Of a stretch of 64,000 bases of DNA, positions 37,063-48,083 are shown one piece after another. The DNA lies in IMG/VR virus record IMGVR_UViG_3300011871_000052; one strand, given 5' to 3'. The notes beneath the pieces are model-generated. The model was not told where the DNA came from, did no database searches, and was given only the letters and a program-made list of their open reading frames with translations. The stretch comes from an uncultured virus (IMG/VR IMGVR_UViG_3300011871_000052) (taxonomy: Duplodnaviria > Heunggongvirae > Uroviricota > Caudoviricetes). The first letter of the stretch is position 1, and each line of letters opens with the position of its first letter. The position numbers were made by a program, and so were the translations under genes.

Positions 37063-37420
37063 AAGATTCTTCTCCTAAAGATGAACTAAGTAATATAAGT
37101 AGTTCAGTATCAATTTCTTTTAGTTTATTATATGCCATACTCATATCTGTATTTTTAGGAGATTGAAGGACAACAATAAGATTTTCTATTTTTGTTTTAA
37201 GTGATGGAACATCAATAAGAGAAGGAGTATTTTCATATTGATTAACCAAGTTCATTCTTTCCTTGCAGGCATTTAAACAGGAACGTTTTGATTTTTTTAT
37301 TTTATAGGCACGAACATCCCTATTATGGTATTCAATAATATTGTGAGTTTGATACTTTATATATGAATACCAACAAATCACTCCAATAAGAATGATTGCA
37401 AGTATAATATTTATTGTCAT
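37055..37420 (-). CDS. membrane-anchored hypothetical protein
   Basis: N-terminal TM, overlaps next gene. Confidence 0.7.
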   Translation of the reverse strand: MTINIILAIILIGVICWYSYIKYQTHNIIEYHNRDVRAYKIKKSKRSCLNACKERMNLVNQYENTPSLIDVPSLKTKIENLIVVLQSPKNTDMSMAYNKLKEIDTELLILLSSSLGEESYE

Positions 37421-37567
37421 TATATTTCCTTTGTTTTATAGTTTAAGTATACTGAAAATTATATTATATTAAAAAAATAAAAAGGCAAAATTTTAAAAGG
37501 AAAAAAGGTTATCTAAAATGAAAAAACATGTTAATGTATTATATGGTTTTTAATAGAGAGTATAAAT

Positions 37568-38581
37568 ATGAATAAAACATTTAAGAAAATGCTATTAAAT
37601 TATATAAAAGAAACGCCACATACTAGTTATAAAAACTCTAAGGGCTTAGTATTTGTTGAAGATGATGACGAACATATAAATGAAACTATAGATAAAGTAT
37701 CATTAATGAAAAATAAAGAGCATCTAAAAAAATTAGATTCTATTCCGTTTTTTTTCGAAAAATATACTGATTATAGTTTTTCTGAAATACAGGATATTGT
37801 AAGTAGCAATATTGATTTAAAAAATCATGAATATGCTAATTTGGAAGAAAAATATAAAATATTCAAAAAGAATAATATAATTCGAGGATTAGTATGTAAT
37901 GGAGATGATGTTGTATTATATGGACCTCAAACCTCCAGAAGTAATGAAAGCTCAACAAGTTTTGCGTTACAAATAGCTTTAGCGATATCTATAGGCTACC
38001 CTGTTTTTTTATGTCCGACACAGAAAAGCAAAGTATTATACATCAATAATAGTTTAACAAATGAAATATTTTCATATATATTGGAAAAACAGATAAAAGG
38101 AAAAAACAATTTTGATAAATATTCAGAATCATTTGTACCACTAAAATTAGATGCTAACTATAATTTTTTAACCAATAAGGAATCGTTAAAAGATTTTATA
38201 AATAAAGTAAATCCTGATATTATATTTTTTGATAATATGGATGTGATTTATCGCTCTACAAGAGAAAAGGATTTAAAAACCTTCATTAGAAGTATATCTG
38301 GAGAGAGAGCTGTGGTAATGGTGTATAATGAAGAAACACCAGATATAGATACTATAATAGAAAACTCAAAGATTGTTATAGGATTAAAAAAAGATAAAAA
38401 TAGTCTATTATTAAAAAATAAAGAAAGTGCATTTATTACTTGGGGACATGTTTATTTTGATTATAAAAAATTAAGCTTTAATACAAAAGAATTAAATAAA
38501 TCTTTTTACCCTTTAGAAGAAAAAGATGGTGAAGTTATAGCGAATGTGAAAGATTATGGAGTAAACCCTCCTCTACCTTAA
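37568..38581 (+). CDS. degenerate RecA-like/AAA_25 P-loop protein
   Basis: VVLYGP...SFALQIALAISIG, KVLYI, PDIIFFD; no Walker A GKS/T. Confidence 0.5.
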   Translation: MNKTFKKMLLNYIKETPHTSYKNSKGLVFVEDDDEHINETIDKVSLMKNKEHLKKLDSIPFFFEKYTDYSFSEIQDIVSSNIDLKNHEYANLEEKYKIFKKNNIIRGLVCNGDDVVLYGPQTSRSNESSTSFALQIALAISIGYPVFLCPTQKSKVLYINNSLTNEIFSYILEKQIKGKNNFDKYSESFVPLKLDANYNFLTNKESLKDFINKVNPDIIFFDNMDVIYRSTREKDLKTFIRSISGERAVVMVYNEETPDIDTIIENSKIVIGLKKDKNSLLLKNKESAFITWGHVYFDYKKLSFNTKELNKSFYPLEEKDGEVIANVKDYGVNPPLP

Positions 38582-38620
38582 GTTAAAATATCAGCCATAT
38601 GGGGAAATGGCTGATATACT

Positions 38621-39256
38621 TTAAGAGATATTAATGGATTGTGAAAGCAAAGATATTGTGTTTTTTATTTCTATTTCTTTTAATCTTTTCACATTAGCAT
38701 TGTATGTTGTATTTTGGCTATTATAATATTTTTTGATTAAGTGCTCTTTATATATAGGAAGGAACATCATAGAATGATCAAATTGATTATCAAATATAAC
38801 TGCACATGCTTCTTTAAAAGCTAATTCTATTAGAAATCTGTTAATGGAGTATTGAACAAGGTAAGTTTCTTGTATACTTTTGGGTACAGTATTATTACTT
38901 AAAAACCACTGAACTGGATCTTCATTACTAAAACTAATGTTTTTTCCTTGATTTTCACACTCATCTATTTTGATAAATATAATATTACATATTTGTCTAA
39001 CTAAATTAAGAAATGCTTTTTCATAGTAATCCATAATAATATCCATTGAATCACTATGAGGTTCAGTAAACGCTAAATAAAGTTGTTCTTTATCAATCTT
39101 TGATTTCAAATAGTTATCGTTTTCATAAAAAGAAATAGGAAATATTAATGTATGTTGTTCTGCTATCTTTTTTAGATATTCAGTTTGTCTTATAGCTCTG
39201 TTAGAATGAATAGGAATATCAAAATTAATTATATTAAATTTATCTAAATGTTGCAT
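38621..39256 (-). CDS. hypothetical protein
   Basis: ORF with RBS. Confidence 0.65.
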   Translation of the reverse strand: MQHLDKFNIINFDIPIHSNRAIRQTEYLKKIAEQHTLIFPISFYENDNYLKSKIDKEQLYLAFTEPHSDSMDIIMDYYEKAFLNLVRQICNIIFIKIDECENQGKNISFSNEDPVQWFLSNNTVPKSIQETYLVQYSINRFLIELAFKEACAVIFDNQFDHSMMFLPIYKEHLIKKYYNSQNTTYNANVKRLKEIEIKNTISLLSQSINIS

Positions 39257-39346
39257 ATAAATCCTTAAATAGTTTTTTATAATATTAAACATTATAACAT
39301 GATTATATATTAAATAAACCTCTATTTGGGAAATAGAGGTTTTGTG

Positions 39347-39949
39347 CTATTTAGTAATAATCATAAAGGTGCCAACATTATTTTCATAATTATTGTAAAA
39401 AAGTTTCACTTGATTATAAAGATCTTCTTGTATTTTTGAGCTTTTACTAAAAAATTCCTTAGAAAGATTAAGTGCTAGCTCAAGAGCTTCATTTTTAATA
39501 AAAGACATATTATTACTATTATCATAAGGATTATCACTAACATGATTACCTGTTTTTTTATAATAGTAATAAGGCCAAGACATTAAGAAAAAGGTCGTAC
39601 ATGAAATAAAGATGTCTCTAAATTTTTCATTATCTCCTCTCCATATACGAACAGGAAGAGGCCCAATAGCTTTTATTTCATCCATCCATTCGTTTATCAC
39701 AGAAAGAGCAGTACTATAAGCTATTTTTTGTATTGTTTCTGTTTTATATTTTCCATAGCAACCTCGTTTACCATTTTCTGCTATTAACATCTTAGCAAGT
39801 ATAGCAATGTCTTCTGGAAAAGTTTCCCATTGAAAATTAATTGGTTGGTTTACTGATATCAATTTTTGACCAAAGCACTCTCTACAAAGTTCAATTGTAT
39901 CAATTTTTATTTTTTCAGAATTTTTAATCTTTTCTGATTTACCCTGCAT
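39347..39949 (-). CDS. hypothetical protein
   Basis: shares QPI.F.W motif with 40023-40607. Confidence 0.7.
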   Translation of the reverse strand: MQGKSEKIKNSEKIKIDTIELCRECFGQKLISVNQPINFQWETFPEDIAILAKMLIAENGKRGCYGKYKTETIQKIAYSTALSVINEWMDEIKAIGPLPVRIWRGDNEKFRDIFISCTTFFLMSWPYYYYKKTGNHVSDNPYDNSNNMSFIKNEALELALNLSKEFFSKSSKIQEDLYNQVKLFYNNYENNVGTFMIITK

Positions 39950-40022
39950 TTTTGCCCCTTATTAAAAAAGTATTATTTATTATATAGTCTATAAAAAAGT
40001 AAAATTCAAATAGAATTATTGA

Positions 40023-40607
40023 TTAAAGAGAGATAGAATAATATTTATCCAATTTTTTAGTGAGTATTTTTTTATCTATATCATCTATCTGGAAATTAGA
40101 ACAAAGTATATTTAATCGTTCAATAGCCTGCTGTTTAATAAACATTCGATTCTTTTCAAGATAGCGAGATATAGAGGGCGTTTCATTAGATGTGTTATAT
40201 TCAAAAAAGTTCGAAAAATAATCTTCATGATAAAAAGAATTTAAAAGGCTTACAGTCGTATCAAAATAAATACTATTCAATAAATCAACCTCATCAAAGA
40301 TTTGCTTTGTGGGCAAATTACTTAATGAGTGAGAGGATATTATTTTATCGCATTCTTCATTTACAGCACTTTTAATAATAAAAGATATGTTATCTATTTC
40401 TTCTTTAGATTTACTATCAAAACTTTTAATAAAGTGTTTTTGACAAAAATCATTCATTCTTTCATTAAAATCAGTCCATTTAAAACCAATGGGCTGATCG
40501 GATACATTAAGATATTGTGAAAAAAGATATCTTACTATTTGTTTGGTTATATCATTTATTATTTGATGCTCAGTAGAATTTGTAGTTTTATTTATAGCTA
40601 TAATCAT
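40023..40607 (-). CDS. hypothetical protein
   Basis: shares QPI.F.W motif with 39347-39949. Confidence 0.7.
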   Translation of the reverse strand: MIIAINKTTNSTEHQIINDITKQIVRYLFSQYLNVSDQPIGFKWTDFNERMNDFCQKHFIKSFDSKSKEEIDNISFIIKSAVNEECDKIISSHSLSNLPTKQIFDEVDLLNSIYFDTTVSLLNSFYHEDYFSNFFEYNTSNETPSISRYLEKNRMFIKQQAIERLNILCSNFQIDDIDKKILTKKLDKYYSISL

Positions 40608-40681
40608 ATTTTAGACCTTATTTTCCCTAAGTTATATTAAATGATAAACAAGATCTAATGATTAATCAAATAGGAAGAAGA

Positions 40682-41698
40682 TTAATAGTTAGTAATAATA
40701 AGATGTTGTGTATCTCTATTATTTCTATTTTTAAAATTAACATTATAACTTTTATCAAATATTTGTATTTTAAAGTTATCTTTATATAGTTGATAAATAA
40801 AATCAGTATTCTTGATTACCATCATAATATTAGCTTTTGTCTTAAGCAAACTATTTCTTAATCTAATATGATCCATTTTAGTAAAATCAGATTCTATATT
40901 ATATTGGGAAAACTCACTATCATAGGGAGGGTCAAGGAAAATAAAATCATCTTTTTTAAAGAAATCATATTTAACAAAAAAAGATTCAAAATCTAAATTA
41001 TTAAACTCAGTATTATTAAAGAAAGATTTGTCTTTCATTATATCTATTTGTTTAAGTTTATTAGAAAAAGTTTTTGTATTATATGATAGGCCACCATAAG
41101 GAACATTAAAATTACCCTTAGCTGAAAAACGAAACATACCAGAATAACATATTTCTCTCATTATAAACCAATAAGATAAGTGTTCTGCATCAAAAGCTGC
41201 AGACTTATTTTTTAGGTTATATAACTCTCTATACATATAATAAAGAGCAGCACACACTCCTGTTATCTTTATTTGTAATATTTCATTATCTGATAAAATA
41301 CTACCATTTTTAATATTAATTTTTTCTATCGTTTTTTCTTTTGATTTCAATTCTTTAACGAGATATTTATGAAACATAGGTGTATTATTTATTAATAATG
41401 CCTCATCATAAATATGTTCTAAATCAGTAATATTGCGAGCTAATCTTCTTTCTTCCTCTGCTTGTTCTATAATATATTTAAAAATAGAAAAGTTTTTTTG
41501 ATTATTAATAATGGAATAAAAGTTCATTAATTCTTTATGAAAATCATTAACTATATTTGATGTATGCTCTAATGAGAAGTAAACGGCACCACTACCAAGG
41601 AAAGGTTCAATAAATCTATTAATTTTTGAGGGTTTATTCTTATGTATAATTTCAAGCTCAGAACCTTTACTTCCGTGCCATTTTAAAATGTGCTTCAT
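40682..41698 (-). CDS. Dam-family DNA adenine methyltransferase
   Basis: LKWHGSK, EPFLGSGAV, G.FNVPYG, FLDPPY, LIITNY. Confidence 0.88.
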   Translation of the reverse strand: MKHILKWHGSKGSELEIIHKNKPSKINRFIEPFLGSGAVYFSLEHTSNIVNDFHKELMNFYSIINNQKNFSIFKYIIEQAEEERRLARNITDLEHIYDEALLINNTPMFHKYLVKELKSKEKTIEKINIKNGSILSDNEILQIKITGVCAALYYMYRELYNLKNKSAAFDAEHLSYWFIMREICYSGMFRFSAKGNFNVPYGGLSYNTKTFSNKLKQIDIMKDKSFFNNTEFNNLDFESFFVKYDFFKKDDFIFLDPPYDSEFSQYNIESDFTKMDHIRLRNSLLKTKANIMMVIKNTDFIYQLYKDNFKIQIFDKSYNVNFKNRNNRDTQHLIITNY

Positions 41699-41867
41699 GT
41701 TTTTATTATCCTTTTTTAAGTCCCCATTATATAATACCTTATTAGCAAATGCCTTACAATATTTATTTTTAATAAGATAAAAAAACACTGCAAAATGATT
41801 TTTTTCCTTGTGCATCAAGGCGTTAATTGTTATAATAGCTACATTAAAACATAGAGGAGAAACGATA

Positions 41868-42785
41868 ATGAGTCACTATTCTTTAGTTGTATTTGGTTCT
41901 GATGTAAGTGATAAACTTGCCCCTTATTCTGAAAATGATAATGATTATTTTACCGATCAGAATGTAACAGAAGCTGTTTTAGCAGGTATTTCTAACCATC
42001 ATGAAGTTGATATTAAATCTTTAGAGTTTGAAGAACTACTGGAGAAAGTTCTTGAATGGGCTGATTATGTTGTGATGACTGAAAGTGAATTTGAAGAGGA
42101 TGGTCATCCAGAATCATCATATGTTTTGGTGAATGATAAGCAAACAGAGATTGTTGCTATTTACGACTATTTTAATCACGATTCAAAATGGGACTGGTAT
42201 TCTGAAGGTGGTCGCTGGACAAGTTTCTTTAAGGTTAAAAAAGATGTAAGTGAGAATGATTATGAAGTAGATATTAATGGTAATAATAGCAATAGTATTG
42301 TAAAAGGTTATGCTGATTCAATTCGTAAAAAAGATATTGATTTTGAATCTATGCGTGAAGAGTTTGTTGCCGAATATCTGCCTATTTACGATCAGTATCA
42401 AGATCTTACAAAAGGAATGCCAGCGTATAAAAATATTGAAATGATAAAAAAAGAAAATAGTGCTTTATCAAGTAAAGATATTTTTAATATTCATGATGAT
42501 CAAGAAGTTGTCAAAATGATTCATGATCTGGATAGCGAACATCCATTAAAAAGCTATTTGAATAAAAAGTTTATGTTCAGTCTTGAAGAGTTTATGCTCT
42601 CAAGAGATGATTTTAAAAAGTACAAAGGTGTTAGCGCTTATACTCCTAACTCTTATATCGGCTTAGATGGTCTTTTTTATTCTAAAGAAGGGATGAGTGA
42701 AGAAGAGCATAAAAAACAGTTCCAAGAGTATCTGGATAGCGTTCCTGATGATACTTGGATGACTATTGTAGATTGTCATATTTAA
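41868..42785 (+). CDS. conserved phage-type hypothetical protein
   Basis: MSHY...LAPY.E, KWDWY..GGRW, C-terminal VDCHI. Confidence 0.75.
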   Translation: MSHYSLVVFGSDVSDKLAPYSENDNDYFTDQNVTEAVLAGISNHHEVDIKSLEFEELLEKVLEWADYVVMTESEFEEDGHPESSYVLVNDKQTEIVAIYDYFNHDSKWDWYSEGGRWTSFFKVKKDVSENDYEVDINGNNSNSIVKGYADSIRKKDIDFESMREEFVAEYLPIYDQYQDLTKGMPAYKNIEMIKKENSALSSKDIFNIHDDQEVVKMIHDLDSEHPLKSYLNKKFMFSLEEFMLSRDDFKKYKGVSAYTPNSYIGLDGLFYSKEGMSEEEHKKQFQEYLDSVPDDTWMTIVDCHI

Positions 42786-42876
42786 TACTTAAAAGCTCCT
42801 TCGGGGGCTTTTACTCTTTTCGAATTACTGTAAAATGTTATAATATAAAAAATATCATTTAAAAAGGAATAGAAAA

Positions 42877-43560
42877 TTGAAAAGGCAAGATTTTTTGAAG
42901 TTATTTGATCCCATAAATATTAATAAGGAATATAAATATTGTTGCGACGTTCAAATGGATAATAGCTCAACAGATGAAGAAGTCTTTAAAAAGTTTATAA
43001 AAACTTTTCCTGTTAATATAGAAGATGAAAATAAGAGTTTATTTAAAGTATTTCCAGATTGGATGTTTATGGAAGATAATCCAGAGATTGATGGATGGAG
43101 ATATCAAGTAGAAGTCAATTTAAATGAGCTTTATGATAATCTTAATATTGCTGATGAAAAAGACTTAATTACCATTGTTAGATTATGCAATGAGGATAAC
43201 AAAGGAATATATTCAATGGGGTTAGGATATAAATTTTTAGAGGCTGGTATGTCTCCTCATGATGATAAAAATTTAAAGATGATTTTTACATCAATGTCTA
43301 CTAAAACAGCATATACAGAAAAATGGCGTTTTGCTTGCAAAGATACAGAACAGTTAAAACTATGGTTAAATAATGAGAAAATTATTAATGAAATGGAAAA
43401 TAAAGGTTTAAAACTGGCTGAAATAACTTTGCCTAAAGATTTTGTAATCGAAGGAGAAGATCAGGTTATCTACAAGCTTGATAAAGTGCAAGGGATAGAG
43501 TTTAAGTCTCTAACCAGTATTGTGGAAAATAATATAAAAAGAGTAAAAGTTAAAATTTAA
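42877..43560 (+). CDS. hypothetical protein
   Basis: TTG start with AAGGA RBS; basic C-terminal tail. Confidence 0.7.
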   Translation: MKRQDFLKLFDPININKEYKYCCDVQMDNSSTDEEVFKKFIKTFPVNIEDENKSLFKVFPDWMFMEDNPEIDGWRYQVEVNLNELYDNLNIADEKDLITIVRLCNEDNKGIYSMGLGYKFLEAGMSPHDDKNLKMIFTSMSTKTAYTEKWRFACKDTEQLKLWLNNEKIINEMENKGLKLAEITLPKDFVIEGEDQVIYKLDKVQGIEFKSLTSIVENNIKRVKVKI

Positions 43561-43622
43561 TCTACATTCACACTCAAAAAAATGATAGAATAAAGGAAAT
43601 ATTAATCAAATAGGTAAAAAAA

Positions 43623-44534
43623 ATGGTATTCATTAGAAAACAGAATGAACGTCCCAAAACTTTTAAAATGACAGTTCAAGAAAATTTAATTAAGCTCTAT
43701 GAGAATAGAGGTGATGAGCATTTATTAAGTATGGCTTATAATCACAAAGTCATATTAAGAGCTATCATAGATCATAAATTTAATGGAATCATGCATAATG
43801 GTTTTAGAGTTAATAATATGAATCAGAAACTTGTTTATGATTTATTGTCTTGGGGTATGATTGATTACCAAACTAAAAAATACGGTAAGATAATGCAAGG
43901 TCATGCCATAAGAAGAGGGCAAGTTAACAAAGAGATTGATGAGGATACCTGTAGAGAAATCATGGGTATTGAGGAAGAGTTTTTCGTTCCAACAAATTAT
44001 GGTTTGGCTATTTATAATTATTTAAATCTCAATAATAAAAAGAATCAAAGCGGTCATAATAATATTATTTATGATTTTATCAAGTTTAGAGAGTCTATGG
44101 GGTGTTTTGTTTTTGAAGATATGGAAATTAAGACACAATATGGTGTAAGTCGTCCAGACGTGTTTACAGTAGATAAAACACTAAACGAAGATAATATGAA
44201 GCCAACAACATATGAAATAAAACATAGCCGTGCTGATTTCTTATCAGACATGAAAAAACCCGATAAATGGAAATCTTATTTAGAAGTATCAGAAAAACTG
44301 TATTATGTTTGTCCTGAAGGTGTAATCAAAAAAGAAGATTTGCCTAAAGAATGCGGGTTAATATATCAGCTTGCAGACAAATCATTTAAAACTATTAAAA
44401 ATGCCAAGAAAGGTAAAGGTAAAATGACATTAGCTGTTATGATGAAGATGATGTTAAAAATGGAAAGTAATGGAAATATTATTCTTCTAAAACCTTGTTT
44501 CGATAAAAGAAATATTGATGGTATATTTAAATAA
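43623..44534 (+). CDS. MmcB-like PD-(D/E)XK nuclease-fold protein
   Basis: RPDV...YEIKHSRADFLSD..K..KW..Y...LYYVCP...GL. Confidence 0.75.
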   Translation: MVFIRKQNERPKTFKMTVQENLIKLYENRGDEHLLSMAYNHKVILRAIIDHKFNGIMHNGFRVNNMNQKLVYDLLSWGMIDYQTKKYGKIMQGHAIRRGQVNKEIDEDTCREIMGIEEEFFVPTNYGLAIYNYLNLNNKKNQSGHNNIIYDFIKFRESMGCFVFEDMEIKTQYGVSRPDVFTVDKTLNEDNMKPTTYEIKHSRADFLSDMKKPDKWKSYLEVSEKLYYVCPEGVIKKEDLPKECGLIYQLADKSFKTIKNAKKGKGKMTLAVMMKMMLKMESNGNIILLKPCFDKRNIDGIFK

Positions 44535-44561
44535 CAAAAAAGGAGCGGTGCTCCTTTTTTA

Positions 44562-45131
44562 TTAAGCTAAATTTAATATTTTTTCTTTTTTAATATTATT
44601 AATATTTATTTTGTATTTTTCCTCTTGTAAATATTCATATTTTTCATCAAATGCTAAAACTTCTGCATAGGTGGGAAGTTTGTTTTTAGATGAAAAAATA
44701 AGAGTTTCAAACTGTTCTCTAGAATATTTTAACTTCGAAAGATCAAGAATTTTGGTATTAGCAGTTTGTTCAAGAAAATAAGAATAGTAATGTTGCTTAA
44801 ACATTTTTTTTACATCTATATCTTCAATATTCTCAATTTTTTTAGACAATAATTTACGTGTTATTTTATTTAAACAAAAAGCATTTAAAAGTAGTATTGA
44901 TGTTATTCCAATCATAACACTTAATACTCCTGCTCCACTTGAAACATGCTTATCAAACCAATCAGATAAGAAAAGAACGCCAAAAAATTGAGGTATGAAT
45001 AATAAGAAGAAAAATGAGTACTGTAACATCTCATCTTTTTCACTTTTATTTTTGGATAATATTTTAATGAGTTCCTCATTATTTTTTTCTGACATATATA
45101 ATTCAAATTGAATATCTATCATTTCTTTCAT
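44562..45131 (-). CDS. two-TM membrane protein, tandem paralog
   Basis: near-identical C-terminus to 45144-45704. Confidence 0.75.
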   Translation of the reverse strand: MKEMIDIQFELYMSEKNNEELIKILSKNKSEKDEMLQYSFFFLLFIPQFFGVLFLSDWFDKHVSSGAGVLSVMIGITSILLLNAFCLNKITRKLLSKKIENIEDIDVKKMFKQHYYSYFLEQTANTKILDLSKLKYSREQFETLIFSSKNKLPTYAEVLAFDEKYEYLQEEKYKININNIKKEKILNLA

Positions 45132-45143
45132 ATTTATCCCTCT

Positions 45144-45704
45144 TTATTGTGCTAAGTTTAATATTTTTTCTTTTTTAATATTATTAATATCTACTTTATA
45201 TTTTGAATCTTCTATTAATTCATATTTTTCATGAAACGTTATAACTTCAGAATAAGTAGGTATTTTATTTTTAGATGAAAGTATTAGTTCTTTGAACTTT
45301 TCTGTTGAATATTTTAATTTTAAAAGGTCTAAAATTTCATCATCAATGTATGTATCAAGAAATTCATAATAGCAATACATACGAAACAAATCTTTTAAAT
45401 CCTCTTCATCCATATTATCAACTTTATTGCAAAAATATTTATATTCTCTTTGCTTACTAGAATAAACGCTATAGAACATTAATATTGGCATTGTAAAGAG
45501 CAAAAATGCCATAGCAGCATCTTCACTAAAATATGAATGAATCAAAGAAGATACAAAAATAATTATTGACATGTGTATAAGAACAATAAAAATATCACGA
45601 AAAGGATTGTCGTAGCTTTCTTTTGATTTTAATATATCAAAAGCATGACTTTTTGTTTTTTTTGATATATAGACTTCAAATTTTTTGTTTATTAAATCTT
45701 TCAT
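45144..45704 (-). CDS. two-TM membrane protein, tandem paralog
   Basis: LKYS.E.F..LI.SSKNK.PTY.EV...INNIKKEKILNLA. Confidence 0.75.
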   Translation of the reverse strand: MKDLINKKFEVYISKKTKSHAFDILKSKESYDNPFRDIFIVLIHMSIIIFVSSLIHSYFSEDAAMAFLLFTMPILMFYSVYSSKQREYKYFCNKVDNMDEEDLKDLFRMYCYYEFLDTYIDDEILDLLKLKYSTEKFKELILSSKNKIPTYSEVITFHEKYELIEDSKYKVDINNIKKEKILNLAQ

Positions 45705-45721
45705 ATTTACTATTTACCTTA

Positions 45722-46387
45722 TTATTTAATAATTAAATTGTTCATAATTTTATTATTTTCTAAGTTTTTTAATTCATTCATATCAATATTATATTTTTCG
45801 TTTTCAATGCGTTTTAAATAAGAGTGATGCCCTTCAATATCATTTAAAAATCGTTGAACATCATGATATGTAGTCATATAGCTTCGTCCTGATGAGCGAA
45901 ACATCATATAAAGATCATGAGGTAAAAACATTTTAAGAGCTGATTCCGTATTATTATCAATTTTAGAATGAGAGAAATCGGAGCCATAATTTCTATAGCT
46001 TTCATCTATTTTATAGGTTCGTATCTCTTTTTTCCCGAATATTTTTAATACCCCTAAACATATTGTAAGCATAACAAAAAAACTGATCATTGATGATATC
46101 ATTAGAGCTTCAGGGTTTTCTACAAAATCAGATTTTCCCAAAGTATTAGGAATAATTGTAGATAAAATAACATACATTTTATAGCTCATGAATAAAGATA
46201 AAGGTAATAAGGTAAAAAAAGATAAAAATTGAACAGGTTTACTGAGCACTAAAAGCTCATACTGTGATGCTGATATTTTATCCAATCTTTTTTGTTCATC
46301 TATTTTTTTCTGCTCATTAATATATGTTTTTTTGCTTTCTTCAATAACTAAATTGATATTATTCGCTATATTCTCAAATTTATTCAT
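45722..46387 (-). CDS. two-TM membrane protein, tandem paralog
   Basis: ID..TE..LKM.LP..LY.M shared with 46397-47041. Confidence 0.75.
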   Translation of the reverse strand: MNKFENIANNINLVIEESKKTYINEQKKIDEQKRLDKISASQYELLVLSKPVQFLSFFTLLPLSLFMSYKMYVILSTIIPNTLGKSDFVENPEALMISSMISFFVMLTICLGVLKIFGKKEIRTYKIDESYRNYGSDFSHSKIDNNTESALKMFLPHDLYMMFRSSGRSYMTTYHDVQRFLNDIEGHHSYLKRIENEKYNIDMNELKNLENNKIMNNLIIK

Positions 46388-46396
46388 ATTTGTTAC

Positions 46397-47041
46397 CTAA
46401 ATGACTAAAACGTTATCTTTAATATCGGATGATTTAATAAAATCTATACCTATTGATATTCTTTTATCCTCTATATCTTTTGCTTCTTTTTCATATTTCT
46501 CAAGATTTTCTAAGAATTTGGAAACATCCAAATAATTGAGTCCAGAAGGTCGTTTACCATGAAGCATTAAATATAAGTTATAGGGAAGTGTCATTTTTAA
46601 AACAGTTTCTGTTTCCTTATCAATTGTACTAGTCCAAAAGAAATCTTTAAAAAGTTCTTCTGTAATTTCGTCTTTACTGATTATACCATTTTCAATATTA
46701 TTAATTTTCTTTTTCATTAATAGATTAATAAAATATAAAGTGGTTTTATTATAAATAAATAAAGATAAAATAAATGAAAAAAACATAGAAAGAGACAGGG
46801 TAAGAAACCATGTTTCAGATGACATAATAAAGAAAAATTTGGCAATAGAAAAAGAGATACTTGTAAAAAAAATAGTAGAAAATAAAACAGAGGGAATGAA
46901 AGCTAACTTCATTATCTTTTGTTCTTCTTTAGTGTCTCCGAATTCTTCTATATCTGAAATAGTCTTGCTATCAAAATATATTTTTTTATTCTTATCTATA
47001 ATTCCATTGATTTTAAGTTTTATATCTGTAAAGTCTGTCAT
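46397..47041 (-). CDS. two-TM membrane protein, tandem paralog
   Basis: as above; ATG after GAGGA. Confidence 0.75.
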   Translation of the reverse strand: MTDFTDIKLKINGIIDKNKKIYFDSKTISDIEEFGDTKEEQKIMKLAFIPSVLFSTIFFTSISFSIAKFFFIMSSETWFLTLSLSMFFSFILSLFIYNKTTLYFINLLMKKKINNIENGIISKDEITEELFKDFFWTSTIDKETETVLKMTLPYNLYLMLHGKRPSGLNYLDVSKFLENLEKYEKEAKDIEDKRISIGIDFIKSSDIKDNVLVI

Positions 47042-47207
47042 ATGTATTCCTCTTTTAATGGTTAAAATTAAATCATACATCATTAAAATAATCAATTTTA
47101 TCTAACTCTTGAATGTTGAAGAAATACTCATGTATAAACAAAATGTGAACAGGACCAAAGATAATCTATATTTGAATTGTAACATAATAAAAAGCAAAGG
47201 AAATAAT

Positions 47208-48083
47208 ATGAAAAATGTCAAAAGCTTAAAAGATCTAAAGAATGAACTAGGTTTTTATTACGAAGTAAAAACTATTAATAAAGTATCAGAAGGTAAAAAA
47301 GATTTGTTTTCGTTATTACAAAGTACAATTCTATTAAACCATAAAGAAAAATTAGAGTTTCTTTATGATTTACTGACAGGTAAAATAAAAGAAGAAGGTC
47401 TTACAGTAAGAGTGAGCGAATGTTTGGATAAAAATAATGCTGTAATGTATGAATGCAATAATGTAATTTATGATCAAAAAATTAGATCTAAAGATAGAGT
47501 TTTAGGTTCTTTTAAATTTTTGAATGAGGAATCATTAATCACTTTTATTATAGATAGATTGCATCCTATACTACATAATTTTATTGAAGATAGTAAAAAT
47601 TCTCTTAATTATTCATTAATAGGAGCAAAGCTATTTAAAAAAATGATATTAAAAACCAACGAAAATGCCAGAAAGCTTAATTACATAATAGATTTTTTTA
47701 ATGATATGTCTGAAAATAAAATAAGAGATATAGTAAATATAAAAATAGAAAAACTTTCAGAAGATAAGTTAATTCAGATATCAGAAAAACATGATGAGTT
47801 AGTTAAAAGTATATATGAAGGTAAGGAATTTAAATTAATAAGTTTATTTTTTGTTTTTCCAAAAACGGGAGTAGTAGAACAATTTTGGTATATTCATTGT
47901 ATTGAATTTAATAAAGATAATGATTCATTAAAATATGTATTTAGTAAAACAGATGGTATGTATGAAGAATATAAAGTAATAGATAGAGATAATATTTACG
48001 GATTTGAGCAAAAACAAATAAAAATTTATTTGTCAGAGAAAGAAGCGATAAAATCTTCTAATGAAGAACAGTTAAAAATTTAA
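47208..48083 (+). CDS. hypothetical protein
   Basis: ATG after AAGGA. Confidence 0.7.
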   Translation: MKNVKSLKDLKNELGFYYEVKTINKVSEGKKDLFSLLQSTILLNHKEKLEFLYDLLTGKIKEEGLTVRVSECLDKNNAVMYECNNVIYDQKIRSKDRVLGSFKFLNEESLITFIIDRLHPILHNFIEDSKNSLNYSLIGAKLFKKMILKTNENARKLNYIIDFFNDMSENKIRDIVNIKIEKLSEDKLIQISEKHDELVKSIYEGKEFKLISLFFVFPKTGVVEQFWYIHCIEFNKDNDSLKYVFSKTDGMYEEYKVIDRDNIYGFEQKQIKIYLSEKEAIKSSNEEQLKI

